Assembly: GCA_046757025.1 (NCBI GenBank) | Contig: JBHHXN010000051.1 | Span: 1-31,275, forward strand | Origin: a bacterium | Lineage (GTDB): Bacteria; Zhuqueibacterota; Zhuqueibacteria; Oceanimicrobiales; Oceanimicrobiaceae | Direction: 5' to 3' | DNA length: 31,275 nucleotides | Part shown: positions 16,024-28,225 of the stretch, piece by piece | How the letters are laid out: each line of letters begins with the position of its first letter | Numbering within the stretch: the stretch's first letter is position 1 | The notes under the pieces: model-generated | What the model saw: the letters and a program-made list of their open reading frames with translations, nothing else | Databases searched by the model: none | Told to the model about the DNA's origin: nothing | Program-made: the position numbers and the translations under genes

Positions 16024-18366
16024 TTATTTCTTAGCAAAAGTTTCATATTCAGGGAGGTTCATCCGCAGCAGCAGATCTCGGAAGCGCGGGTCGTCGCGCA
16101 GAGGCTCCAATGCAGGATTCGTTCTGCTCCAGGGGAGCCAGGCGTGGGGCGGCTCGTAAGCGAGCCAGCGGAATGCCTCATCCTTCTGCCCCAGGGCCGA
16201 ATGCAATTCGGCTAATCCCAAAGCATTCCATGAGGTGGCTTCCTGTGCTTCCAACTCAGCCAGTATTCTCCGAGCATCATCCTTCCGGCCAGCCGCTGCG
16301 TAGGTACGCCCGAGAGCGTATTTCCAAAACGGATTGATCGCCACCAACTTTTCGTGCGCTGTGATCGCCTCCTCGTACATCCCCAGTGATGCAGCGCTCG
16401 TTCCCAGAACGAACAACCTGACCGCATTGTCGGGATACCGTTCGACTAACTTCCGGGCTTCGATTAACGCCTCCTCGTATCGCCCCCCATACCAGTACAA
16501 CCCTCCCAGCCATACTGTGTGTAGGGGCGTTAGCGGATCCAGCTCCTGGGCTCGTTTGTGTTCCACTACGGCTTCATCCAGGCGTCCAAACAGGCCAAGA
16601 TACCATGCATAGTGGTAGTGATTCATGGCCAAACTGGGGTTCAGTTCCATCGCACGCTGGAAAGCTTTTTCTGCTCCCTTCCAGTCCCATTCGTAGTAAA
16701 GCTTGATGTCAGCTAAAGCGGCGTAAGCCTCGGCCATCGTTGAATCCAGCGTTACCGCCCTGAGAGCCGCTGCTCGGGCTCGCGGCCAGGCATCCTCTGG
16801 TGGCGCAGGACCATGACCGAGCGTGGCGTAGCCGAGTGCCAGCCCTGCATACGCCATGGCATCCGCTGGATTTTTTTCAACAGCCTCGTTCAGATATGTC
16901 ATGCCTGTTTTGAAATCCGCCGGCGTGGATTTGTTCAGGTAGAACATCCCCTTAAGGTAAGCCTCGTAGGTCTCGGGGTTTACCTGGCGGGCACCGGCAA
17001 GCCGTGTCTCCTCCTGCGGGGTCAGCTTAACCTGAATCTGATCGGCTATAGTTTGGGCAATTTCACCCTGCAAAGTCAAAATATTCCTGAAATCTCGCTC
17101 ATAGTCCTGGGCCCACAAATACTCATCCTTGCGTGCATCGATCAACCTCGCAGAAACCTTGACCTGGTCGCCCATCTTGACAACTGAACCTTCGATCACG
17201 TACTCAACACCCAATTCTTTAGCTATCTCCGATGGCGCCTTGCTTGTTCCCTTATATCGCATCGCTGAGGAGCGAGAAATGACACGTAACCCGCTGATTT
17301 TGGCCATGTCGGTAATCAGAGCGTCGGTCATGCCATCGGTAAACCACGCCTGATCAGCATCATTTGTAATACTCGCCAGTGGTAGCAGAGCGATAGAGAC
17401 AGGAGTTGCCTCTGCGACCTTGCTCTGCCACAAATAAATTCCAAAGACTATTGCCATAAGAACGACTGCAAATACTCGATAAACAGCTCTGCGCTGTTTT
17501 CTCCCCAGCCTGAAGACGCGCGGTTTTCTACGGTGACCCTCTTTGAGCTCCTCGGCCGCATTGTTCAGCTCCACGAGCATCTCTTCCATCGTCTGAAAGC
17601 GCTTCTCGGGACTCTTGGCGAGCGCCTTCTCTAAAATCCTTTTTTCTATTTGCCCCGGCACCTCGCCGCGCATTTTCGTGATAAATTCCGGCTCCTCGTT
17701 CAAAATCGAATACATAACAGCCTGCTCATAGTCCCCTTTGAAGGGGTGTTCCCCTGCAAGCATTTCATATAGCAGGACGCCTAATGCCCAGATGTCTGTG
17801 CGGTGGTCCACGGCAGCACCCTGAGTTTGCTCAGGCGACATGTACGCTATTGTGCCCATGGTCGTGCCCGTCTTCGTTAGCACGGTACGTCCCTTTAACT
17901 TCGCAAGACCGAAGTCGATAATTTTGACCTGTCCATCATCTGTTATCAAAACATTAGCGGGCTTGATATCCCGGTGAATAATGCCTTTCGAATGCGCCTT
18001 AGCGAGACCTTGCGCAATTTGGATGGCAATATCGATGGCTTCCTCGACGGCCAGTCCCGTCTTGCGGGATTCAATCTTTTCTTTTAGCGTTTCACCCTCA
18101 TAGTAAGCCATAGCAATGAAGAAATGTCCTTCGCTTTCGTTAATCTCGTGGATGGTCCCGATATTCGGGTGGTCCAGCGCGGACGCAGCTCTTGCTTCGT
18201 GCACAAAACGTTGCTGCGCTTCTTCGTCGCGGGTCAATTCCAGTGGGAGAAATTTTAGAGCGATGTTGCGTCTCAGCTTTGTGTCCTCGGCTTTGTAAAC
18301 ATCTCCCATCCCACCACTGCCGACCTTTTCTAAAATACGGTACTGGGATATGGTTTTTCCTATCAT
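16024..18366 (-). CDS. Hanks-type Ser/Thr protein kinase with TM, TolB-like domain and TPR repeats
   Basis: GSGGMGDVY, ALK, HRDIKPAN, DFG, GTIAYMSPE, DIWALG; SIALLPL...FTDGMTDALI; TPR helices; LRDDPRF terminus; GAGGAG RBS. Confidence 0.95.
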   Translation of the reverse strand: MIGKTISQYRILEKVGSGGMGDVYKAEDTKLRRNIALKFLPLELTRDEEAQQRFVHEARAASALDHPNIGTIHEINESEGHFFIAMAYYEGETLKEKIESRKTGLAVEEAIDIAIQIAQGLAKAHSKGIIHRDIKPANVLITDDGQVKIIDFGLAKLKGRTVLTKTGTTMGTIAYMSPEQTQGAAVDHRTDIWALGVLLYEMLAGEHPFKGDYEQAVMYSILNEEPEFITKMRGEVPGQIEKRILEKALAKSPEKRFQTMEEMLVELNNAAEELKEGHRRKPRVFRLGRKQRRAVYRVFAVVLMAIVFGIYLWQSKVAEATPVSIALLPLASITNDADQAWFTDGMTDALITDMAKISGLRVISRSSAMRYKGTSKAPSEIAKELGVEYVIEGSVVKMGDQVKVSARLIDARKDEYLWAQDYERDFRNILTLQGEIAQTIADQIQVKLTPQEETRLAGARQVNPETYEAYLKGMFYLNKSTPADFKTGMTYLNEAVEKNPADAMAYAGLALGYATLGHGPAPPEDAWPRARAAALRAVTLDSTMAEAYAALADIKLYYEWDWKGAEKAFQRAMELNPSLAMNHYHYAWYLGLFGRLDEAVVEHKRAQELDPLTPLHTVWLGGLYWYGGRYEEALIEARKLVERYPDNAVRLFVLGTSAASLGMYEEAITAHEKLVAINPFWKYALGRTYAAAGRKDDARRILAELEAQEATSWNALGLAELHSALGQKDEAFRWLAYEPPHAWLPWSRTNPALEPLRDDPRFRDLLLRMNLPEYETFAKK

Positions 18367-18388
18367 CTATATCTCCTCATTACGTATG

Positions 18389-18491
18389 GCTAATCGCGGC
18401 GCTGACCCACGAACACGCAGGCTGGGAGCCCCGCGGGGCGGGCAGCCCGCGCGCGCAGTTGGGTCAAGTGCCTTGTTCCGTCGCGCGGAAC
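18389..18491 (-). other. attC-like site forming a gene-less 96-bp cassette
   Basis: Minus strand: G|TTCCGC gcg ACGGAAC AAGGC ACT[T]GACC ...GC-rich stem... GGTCAGC GCCGC G|ATTAGC. Confidence 0.6.
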
Positions 18492-18505
18492 AATGATTTC
18501 TCCCG

Positions 18506-19462
18506 CTATGCCTCCGATTTTTCTTCTCCAGAAGTAATTGCCGCAAACATGGCCGTTTGCCCGGCAAAAAACAGACAGCGCGTAAAGATGCGACTGACCA
18601 GATAGAATTGGCCTAAAACAAATGTGCCGGCAATAAATACCCAGGAAGATTGCTTGGCGCCCGGGGCAATGAGCCAGTAAACCAGCATAAAAATAATTCC
18701 TAACAAGCCGATAGAAAAATATAATCCAAAAGTTTTACCAATATTGCGAAAAATTAACACAACCGCTTGCAATGGCGCGGTGAGAAAATTTTTGTGATCC
18801 TTAACCACGGTGAGAATTTTGCTGTAATCGAAAAGCAGGTTGACACTCCAGACCACCATCCAGAGAAGCAGGTATTTGATGACGGTATAAGCAAAATGGA
18901 CACGCTCATCGATGGTTTCGCGGGTGAGCTCATCCACCGATTCATTTAACCAGTTTAGTACAAAATGAAACAGCAAGTAGTACAAAACCCCTGCTAACGC
19001 TGCCAGACCCAGAAACCGCGGAAAAAAGAAAGCCGCCTTTTCAAAAAACGAAGTCGTCTCCTGCCGGGCAGAATATATTGAAATAAATCCTGCTGAAAAA
19101 AACGTCCACAGCAGCAGGGTGAGCAAACCGACAGCTACAATGGTTTGATTTCCCTCTCTTAATTCACCCTGTAAAAAAGTATCCAGCCCATTAAAGACCG
19201 CGCCAATACCTACCACACTCGGACTAAATGTTCGGGCCACCCCCTGAACCTGAGTGGAATAGCTGCGATACCAGTGATCGTCCCAACTGGCCAGCATCTT
19301 TTCGCTTGCCAGACTGTTTCCGAACGACTTTTCCAGACGATTTGAAACAAGTGTTCCCAGCATGACGGCCACGGCTAAATTTATTAAATAAACCATTAAA
19401 AGGTATTTTTTCGATTGACTGACCAAGCCAATGCCCGCTTTAAATGCATGGATAATTTTCAT
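18506..19462 (-). CDS. Multi-pass membrane protein of unknown function, co-oriented downstream of the M1 peptidase
   Basis: 318 aa with about 6 hydrophobic segments; GAGGG RBS. Confidence 0.8.
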   Translation of the reverse strand: MKIIHAFKAGIGLVSQSKKYLLMVYLINLAVAVMLGTLVSNRLEKSFGNSLASEKMLASWDDHWYRSYSTQVQGVARTFSPSVVGIGAVFNGLDTFLQGELREGNQTIVAVGLLTLLLWTFFSAGFISIYSARQETTSFFEKAAFFFPRFLGLAALAGVLYYLLFHFVLNWLNESVDELTRETIDERVHFAYTVIKYLLLWMVVWSVNLLFDYSKILTVVKDHKNFLTAPLQAVVLIFRNIGKTFGLYFSIGLLGIIFMLVYWLIAPGAKQSSWVFIAGTFVLGQFYLVSRIFTRCLFFAGQTAMFAAITSGEEKSEA

Positions 19463-19533
19463 ATTCCTACCCTCATTTTCTAGTTTTTAATTTTAGCATG
19501 CGAGAATCAAACATCTCCGGGCCTTTGATTTTC

Positions 19534-21591
19534 TCACGAAAAAAAAGCAAAATACTCCATCAAATTTTGCAGCCAGATCAGCCATTTTGAAGCCCATTTA
19601 ATGGCGGCTTTTTGCGCCTGTGGTTCACGAATCCAGGAGTTGTTGCTGAAGTTCACATCCAAAGTGAGTTTGTGGTCGGGATCCACTTCCACCTGGCTGA
19701 CTTTGGCGCCGCGCACATAATCGAATCGGGCCCAGCGGTTTTTGCCATCCCACTGTTCCATCACCGTCTCCCCATCCCCAAAAGTGACTTTTACCTCCAC
19801 TGGAAAGACGGCCTCGCCCCAACGGCGTACAAAAACGGTCGAACTGAATTGTTTGGTGGAATCAACGTCGTTACTCTCGTTTTGCAAATGGTCTTTAACA
19901 AATGTTAAACCATCTTCTCCAACGGCGTAACCTTTGGGGGCTCTTACCGGCGTGGATTTTACCGAGCCCACAGCGTAATCGAAAACATCGGAGCTGTTGT
20001 ACGTCTGCTCAAAAAACCAGGTCATGTCCTGGCCGCTGACTTCGTTGACAATGGCAAAAAAGTCCTGCGGTTTCGGGTGCCGAAATTTCCAGCGTTTATA
20101 ATAGGTGGACATGATTTTTTGAAAAGTTTCCCAGCCGAGATAATTCTCCAGCGTGCGCAGCATCATGCCGGGTTTCCCGTAGGAATTCAAACCGTAGGCA
20201 CCCGGGCCATACTGCCATGAAAGTGTGGACATTTTATCCAATTTCAGCATGGATCGGAAACCGTCATATTGATTTGCTCCTTGAGTACGCTCGGCAATTG
20301 GGACGCCGGAAAATATGATGGGAATAAACCCTTCAAAATAGCGTCTGGTGAGAACGGGATCAGGATAAGCTACCTCCATGGTGCGCGTGGTGGAATAGGT
20401 GTTGAAACCTTCGTCCAACCAGGCATATTCGAATTCATTGTTCGCTATAATGCCGTACCAGAATTGATGACCGCACTCATGCACGGTTACCCCCTCCGGC
20501 GAGCGCCGTTCGATGGGCGAAAGCCAGCTTGTGCCGCCAGTGAAAAATGTCGGGTATTCCATACCGCCAGAACCTGAGCGATAGGCCGGGTCCACGATGG
20601 TCAGATGATCGTAGGGATACGCTCCCCACCAGGTTCCGTAATATTTCAGCGCGGCTTCGGTGGCGGCAAAATAACGGTCCTTTTTATCGGTGTGGTCCGG
20701 CATGAGCAAGAGGCGCATATTGACACTCGGCAATCCCGGATCTTCGAATGTTTTGTTGTGGACACTGAAATGCGGCGTGGTGACCCAGGCAAAATCATGT
20801 ACATCTTCCTGGTAATATCGATGGCTGGTAGTGCCGTCGCTGTTTTCGGTTTTCTCCATTTCTTTGCCAGTAGCACCAACCACCCAGCCGGCCGGCACGG
20901 TCATTTTCACATCATAAATCCCAAAATCGGCATAAAATTCGGTTTGAATGAATTGATGGCAATTCCATTGACCGTTTGCTTCAAACACGCCGATCTTGGG
21001 AAACCACTGTGCCAGAAAATAATAATCGCCGCGTACGCCGGTGCGGGCAAAGGTGCGCGGCACTTTGGATTGCCAGGCAATCTCCAACCGAATGGTTTCG
21101 CCGGGCGCCACCTGTTTTGGCAAATCAACTTTTAAAACCGTGCGATCGTGCTCATTGCCGTCATCCGGCTGAATGAATTGCAGTTTCTCGGTGAGACTGG
21201 TAGCACTCCAGCCTGGCGCCGGCAGAATTTTCATAGAGCGGACGTCACAATACGCCCAATCGTTGTCGTGATAATCAGATAAATCCCGCGAGCGGTAGCG
21301 CACGGATTTGAGCATGGAACTCTGGTCGTGCATCCAAGCATTATAATAAAGATGAAACCGCAGTTCCGTGGCCGGATACGAAGTGGTGTTTTTCCAGGTC
21401 AGGATTTCCGTGCCATCGACCAAACGTTTGGAAACGTCTAATTTGACATCCATTTCGTAATTCGCAATTCGTTCACTTAACGGAGGTTTGGTGTGAGAAG
21501 CGGCTTCCGCGTTTTGTGAAAAAACGACGTTTGAGTAAGCTGTGAAACAAATTAAACTCAGAACAATGCAGAGCAATCTTTTTGGCTCCAT
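19534..21591 (-). CDS. Exported M1 family zinc aminopeptidase
   Basis: Signal peptide; GGMEYP exopeptidase motif; HECGH-x18-E (WLDEG); catalytic Tyr in SYGKP. Confidence 0.95.
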   Translation of the reverse strand: MEPKRLLCIVLSLICFTAYSNVVFSQNAEAASHTKPPLSERIANYEMDVKLDVSKRLVDGTEILTWKNTTSYPATELRFHLYYNAWMHDQSSMLKSVRYRSRDLSDYHDNDWAYCDVRSMKILPAPGWSATSLTEKLQFIQPDDGNEHDRTVLKVDLPKQVAPGETIRLEIAWQSKVPRTFARTGVRGDYYFLAQWFPKIGVFEANGQWNCHQFIQTEFYADFGIYDVKMTVPAGWVVGATGKEMEKTENSDGTTSHRYYQEDVHDFAWVTTPHFSVHNKTFEDPGLPSVNMRLLLMPDHTDKKDRYFAATEAALKYYGTWWGAYPYDHLTIVDPAYRSGSGGMEYPTFFTGGTSWLSPIERRSPEGVTVHECGHQFWYGIIANNEFEYAWLDEGFNTYSTTRTMEVAYPDPVLTRRYFEGFIPIIFSGVPIAERTQGANQYDGFRSMLKLDKMSTLSWQYGPGAYGLNSYGKPGMMLRTLENYLGWETFQKIMSTYYKRWKFRHPKPQDFFAIVNEVSGQDMTWFFEQTYNSSDVFDYAVGSVKSTPVRAPKGYAVGEDGLTFVKDHLQNESNDVDSTKQFSSTVFVRRWGEAVFPVEVKVTFGDGETVMEQWDGKNRWARFDYVRGAKVSQVEVDPDHKLTLDVNFSNNSWIREPQAQKAAIKWASKWLIWLQNLMEYFAFFS

Positions 21592-21716
21592 AACTCCTCC
21601 TTCCGGATAAATCCTTTTGTGGTTATAAAAATTGAAATCTTATGAGAACCGTCATTCCCGTCGGCGCATGTAAAAAAATCGATGGTTTGAGATAAATAAA
21701 TTTTAATGGCGTTTTA

Positions 21717-21751
21717 CCTCTGCCAGAGAAGGATTGGCAAACTGGCAGAGG
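21717..21751. repeat. REP-like palindrome
   Basis: CCTCTGCCAG-N15-CTGGCAGAGG perfect 10-bp stem with no U-tract in the eno direction. Confidence 0.5.
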
Positions 21752-21857
21752 CAGATTTGATTTGTTTCAAAACAATCATGAAATATAATTTTTCATTTAA
21801 TTTAAATCAAGCAATATCCATTTTAACACGAAAAGCAAATGCACAATTTCGTGCAGG

Positions 21858-23171
<1,314 letters not shown>

Positions 23172-23194
23172 TTAAGTTGAATTACTATTTCTTC

Positions 23195-23225
23195 AACCTT
23201 CCAGGTTTTGAAGACCTGGCAGGTT
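23195..23225. repeat. REP-like palindrome between pyk and eno
   Basis: AACCTTCCAGGT-TTTGAAG-ACCTGGCAGGTT, 11/12 stem. Confidence 0.55.
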
Positions 23226-23241
23226 TAAGTCTGAAAAAAAA

Positions 23242-24654
<1,413 letters not shown>

Positions 24655-24655
24655 T

Positions 24656-25990
24656 TTATTGATTTCCCACGAGCACCAAGCGTAAATCCATCACATTGGT
24701 GTTGGTAGGTCCTGTTATTATTAAATCGTTTAATATTTTAAAAAATGGATACGCGTTGTTTCCATGTAGATAATCCACCGCCTTCATCTGCAGTTTTTCG
24801 GCCCTGGCAATGGTGGTTCCGTCACAAAGAGCGCCAGCAGCATCGGTGGGGCCGTCGGTGCCGTCGGTGCCGGCACTGAGAATCACCACCGATTTCATGC
24901 CGGCGAGGTCTAACGCAGCCGCCAGCACAAATTCCTGGTTGCGTCCGCCCTTGCCCTGTCCGCGCAGGGTTACGGTGGTCTCTCCTCCTGAAATCATGCA
25001 GGCGGGCGCGGTCAAGGGGTGCCCGGTTTGCAGAATTTCTTTGGCAATGGCCGCGTGCACTCTGGCCACGTCCCGGGTTTCGCCTTCTATAAAGGAAGAT
25101 AAGATTAACGTGTGATAGCCCCGCTCCCGAGCTTGGGATTCCGCAGCCAGCACCGCCTGAATGTTGCTACCCACCACCACGTTTTGTGTTTTTGCAAATA
25201 TCGGATCGCCGGCTTTCGGGGTCTCGGGAACCTCTCCTCGCAGCCCTTTTTCCAGGTGTTTCTTAATATGCGAAGGAATTTTCTCCCACAATTCGTAGCG
25301 AGTAAGGTACGCTTTTACATCCTGAAAAGTGGACGAATCCGGCACCGTTGGACCTGAAGCGATCACGTCAAGATAGTTGCCGATGACGTCCGACAGCATG
25401 AGGGTGATGAGGGTGGCGGGATGCGCCAAACGCGCAAGCTGTCCCCCCTTGAGTTGCGACAGATGCTTGCGCACGGCGTTGATTTCGTTGATACTGGCGC
25501 CGCAGGCCAACAGCATTTTGGTCACTTCTTGTTTTTCTTGCAGGGAAATACCTTTTGCGGGCAAAGGCAGCAAAGCGGAGCCACCGCCCGAGATCAAACA
25601 AATGACCAGATCGTTTGCACTGGTCTTTTCCAAAAGTTGAACGATCTCCCGAGCGCCCCGCATGCCCGCTTCGTCCGGTACAGGATGGTCGGCCTCGTTG
25701 ATTTTTACCTTACTCAACTTTTCGGTGTGGCCGTATTTCACGTTGACGATTCCCGAAGTGAGCCAGTCGCCCAGAATTTCTTCCACAGCCGCGGACATAG
25801 AGGCGCCGGCTTTGCCACAGCCCACCACGTAAATATTTTCAAATTGTAAAAGCGGGTATGGTCTTTCAGCGACCGTCAGATTCGTCCCTTGCCGCTGCAG
25901 AAATGTATGCACTGCCGCGATTGGGTCGGCGGCTTTTAAGCCGGCCTGAAATATTTCTAAAGCATCTGCTCTGAGTTTTTCGTGATTCAT
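24656..25990 (-). CDS. Glycerate 2-kinase (MOFRL/TtuD family)
   Basis: GCGKAG, HPVPD, LISGGGSAL, IASGPT, SGGETTV, GGRNQE, GTDGTDGPT, TGPTNTNVMD. Confidence 0.95.
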   Translation of the reverse strand: MNHEKLRADALEIFQAGLKAADPIAAVHTFLQRQGTNLTVAERPYPLLQFENIYVVGCGKAGASMSAAVEEILGDWLTSGIVNVKYGHTEKLSKVKINEADHPVPDEAGMRGAREIVQLLEKTSANDLVICLISGGGSALLPLPAKGISLQEKQEVTKMLLACGASINEINAVRKHLSQLKGGQLARLAHPATLITLMLSDVIGNYLDVIASGPTVPDSSTFQDVKAYLTRYELWEKIPSHIKKHLEKGLRGEVPETPKAGDPIFAKTQNVVVGSNIQAVLAAESQARERGYHTLILSSFIEGETRDVARVHAAIAKEILQTGHPLTAPACMISGGETTVTLRGQGKGGRNQEFVLAAALDLAGMKSVVILSAGTDGTDGPTDAAGALCDGTTIARAEKLQMKAVDYLHGNNAYPFFKILNDLIITGPTNTNVMDLRLVLVGNQ

Positions 25991-26002
25991 AAAACAATCT
26001 CT

Positions 26003-26449
26003 TTATTGAATTCTTCTATTACCTTGATCCGCTAACCAATCTAAACCTAATTCGATAAAAATTCTTTGTTTTAGAATATCTAAACCAAACCCGAAACCCT
26101 TTTCAGGCGACCATTGCACCTCGAGGCCAATACCGCTTGAAATGAGCTGAGCCTTCACATCCTGTTGAATTTCGCCACCGGAAAAGACAATAATTGTGGA
26201 AATAGGCGTTCTTTTTGCGTCCTCAATGGTATAAGTTAGTTTTTGATATGCCGTGCCGGAGGTTTGCTGGGTTTTTGCTTCAATCCCGAGTGTTTTCCCC
26301 CTGTACTCAACAACCACATCGATTTTTCTTTTTTGGCCCACAAACCGGCTGCCGACAAAAGGCTCATCGTAAATTCTCATGTCATCTATTTGCCAACTTT
26401 TGATGGCTTCAATAAGAGCGTCTTTAAAACTCTTGCCTGGATTTGCCAT
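26003..26449 (-). CDS. Small PD-(D/E)XK nuclease, putative restriction endonuclease
   Basis: IDVVV...GIEAKTQQTSGTAYQKL (D...ExK); 8 bp downstream of the methylase. Confidence 0.75.
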   Translation of the reverse strand: MANPGKSFKDALIEAIKSWQIDDMRIYDEPFVGSRFVGQKRKIDVVVEYRGKTLGIEAKTQQTSGTAYQKLTYTIEDAKRTPISTIIVFSGGEIQQDVKAQLISSGIGLEVQWSPEKGFGFGLDILKQRIFIELGLDWLADQGNRRIQ

Positions 26450-26457
26450 AACTAGGC

Positions 26458-27384
26458 CTAATAATTTGTAATCAATAATTCGTTAATTTGCCCACGTTTT
26501 TTTGCATTGGAATTTATCATTCTATTTGCTGATACTTTGTGGATGTGATAACCCTGGTACAGACCATTAAAAAATCGATCTTTTGGATTTTCATTAGTTG
26601 GATCGGAATTACTTAACATCACCTTTGCCCGATTCTTTTTATCTAAACAAGCATAAAAACGACTTAACCGTTTCTGCTCCTCATCACCAAATTCAAATTG
26701 TGAATAAGATGTGAAGTTTGAAGTTTGATTCAGCGGTCTGTAAGGTGGATCAAAATAGACAAAAGACTGCGCATCAGCAATATCGTCACAAGCCTCAAAA
26801 TCTGCGCTTTGAATTTGTGCAATTTGTAGCGCTTGCGAAACTTTTAAAATATTGTCTTCATCTAATATTCTGGGATTTTTGTAGCTGCCGAATGGCACGT
26901 TGAATTCGCCATTGCGGTTTAAACGAAACAAGCCGTTGTAACAAGTTTTATTTAAAAAAATCATCTGGGCGGTTCGGACAAGCCATTTATCGGAAAATCG
27001 TTTGTAATTCACTTCCGTACGTTCGGAATTATAACGATCGCGCACTTCATAATAAAACTGTTTGCGCTCAGCCTCGCCAAACGATTTATACCGCCCGGAG
27101 AGTTTATTTAACAACTCCATCAGCGCTGCTGGTTTTTTTTGAATCACCCGGTAAGCGACTATCAGCTCAACATTGATATCGTAAAGATACACAGACTGAA
27201 TTTGGTAATTTTTCACCACATCGAAAAACACCGCACCGCTGCCTAAGAATGGCTCGATATATTTTTTGATCTTACCCTGTTTCAACTCTAGCGGATAAAA
27301 CTTTCGAAATTGCGAAAGCAGTTGAGACTTGCCGCCGGCCCATTTCAGAAAGGGTTTGGCGCCATTTGGGTTCCGCGTGTTCAT
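26458..27384 (-). CDS. Dam-family (D12 class) DNA N6-adenine methyltransferase
   Basis: PFLKWAGGK, EPFLGSGAV, NKTCYNGLFR.N..GEFNVP, DPPY. Confidence 0.95.
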   Translation of the reverse strand: MNTRNPNGAKPFLKWAGGKSQLLSQFRKFYPLELKQGKIKKYIEPFLGSGAVFFDVVKNYQIQSVYLYDINVELIVAYRVIQKKPAALMELLNKLSGRYKSFGEAERKQFYYEVRDRYNSERTEVNYKRFSDKWLVRTAQMIFLNKTCYNGLFRLNRNGEFNVPFGSYKNPRILDEDNILKVSQALQIAQIQSADFEACDDIADAQSFVYFDPPYRPLNQTSNFTSYSQFEFGDEEQKRLSRFYACLDKKNRAKVMLSNSDPTNENPKDRFFNGLYQGYHIHKVSANRMINSNAKKRGQINELLITNY

Positions 27385-27473
27385 TTCTTTAGATTCGTTG
27401 TTCTGTACTTCTCAAAGATAGTCTCTGACTCTTTATTTATAATGGCTGTGGGATTGATTTCAGGTAACTGACC

Positions 27474-27505
27474 TATTTCACACCCCGACGGGTCGGGATG
27501 AAATA
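27474..27505. repeat. Palindrome upstream of the methylase
   Basis: TATTTCA-cac-CCCGAC-GG-GTCGGG-a-TGAAATA. Confidence 0.45.
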
Positions 27506-27564
27506 TCATGAGAACGCATTTATGGAAAATGAAAGGGGCATTCATAAAGTGCAAATATTTTTGG

Positions 27565-28119
27565 CTAGTTAGAGAATTCAGCTTTTTCAGCCCGGTTTAA
27601 TTTTCTGCGCTGTCCTTTAAATAACGCCCGAATATGGGTAAAAACGGCGTCGTATTCACCGGTTTTAAAATCCGGAAAGGCAAACGGATACGGTTGATAG
27701 CGACCATTTTCAAACCACAAAGTTGGATCCGCGTAGATACCCAGATCGAGATAAATTTTCTGGGAATTGTATTTTGCCGAAGCCAAAATCACCTTGTTAT
27801 AGTCCAGGTAGCCAGGATCTAAGTTGACTTTGCGCTGGCCAGCCACGGCTAATTGTTCTTCGATTTTATTGGTGGCGATTTTTATTTCCGCAATTTCCTT
27901 CGGGTTGATGAGCTTCGTAAATGAAACGAATTTTCGCCAGATGGGTCCGCCCATCTCGGCGCGATAATAATCGGTCTGGTTGAATTTGAATTCCTGGCTT
28001 TTGAAATCCAGACGGCCAAAATTCCCCATCAGAAGAGCAAGTGCTTGTTCGAGGATTTCTGCATCGCTGTACAAAATACCGGTGAAAAGCTTTACCGGTT
28101 CAGGCGCAACTGGTTTCAT
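27565..28119 (-). CDS. DUF4416 family protein
   Basis: F.QTDYY..EMG, IK..TN.IE, R.VNLDPGYL, KIYL..GIYA, PFAFPDF match my recollection of this family. Confidence 0.8.
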   Translation of the reverse strand: MKPVAPEPVKLFTGILYSDAEILEQALALLMGNFGRLDFKSQEFKFNQTDYYRAEMGGPIWRKFVSFTKLINPKEIAEIKIATNKIEEQLAVAGQRKVNLDPGYLDYNKVILASAKYNSQKIYLDLGIYADPTLWFENGRYQPYPFAFPDFKTGEYDAVFTHIRALFKGQRRKLNRAEKAEFSN

Positions 28120-28225
28120 GACAAACTGAATTTACCCCCTAATCTGATAAATAATCTGTTGAACTAAAGACGATTTCTTGCTCAAAATGCACCCTCCAGA
28201 AAAATTAGCCGTCGATCTGATCCTT

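Noticed and set aside
16024..18388. Ser/Thr kinase gene as an integron cassette
   Set aside because: No complementary GGCTAAC or attC stem after its stop codon.
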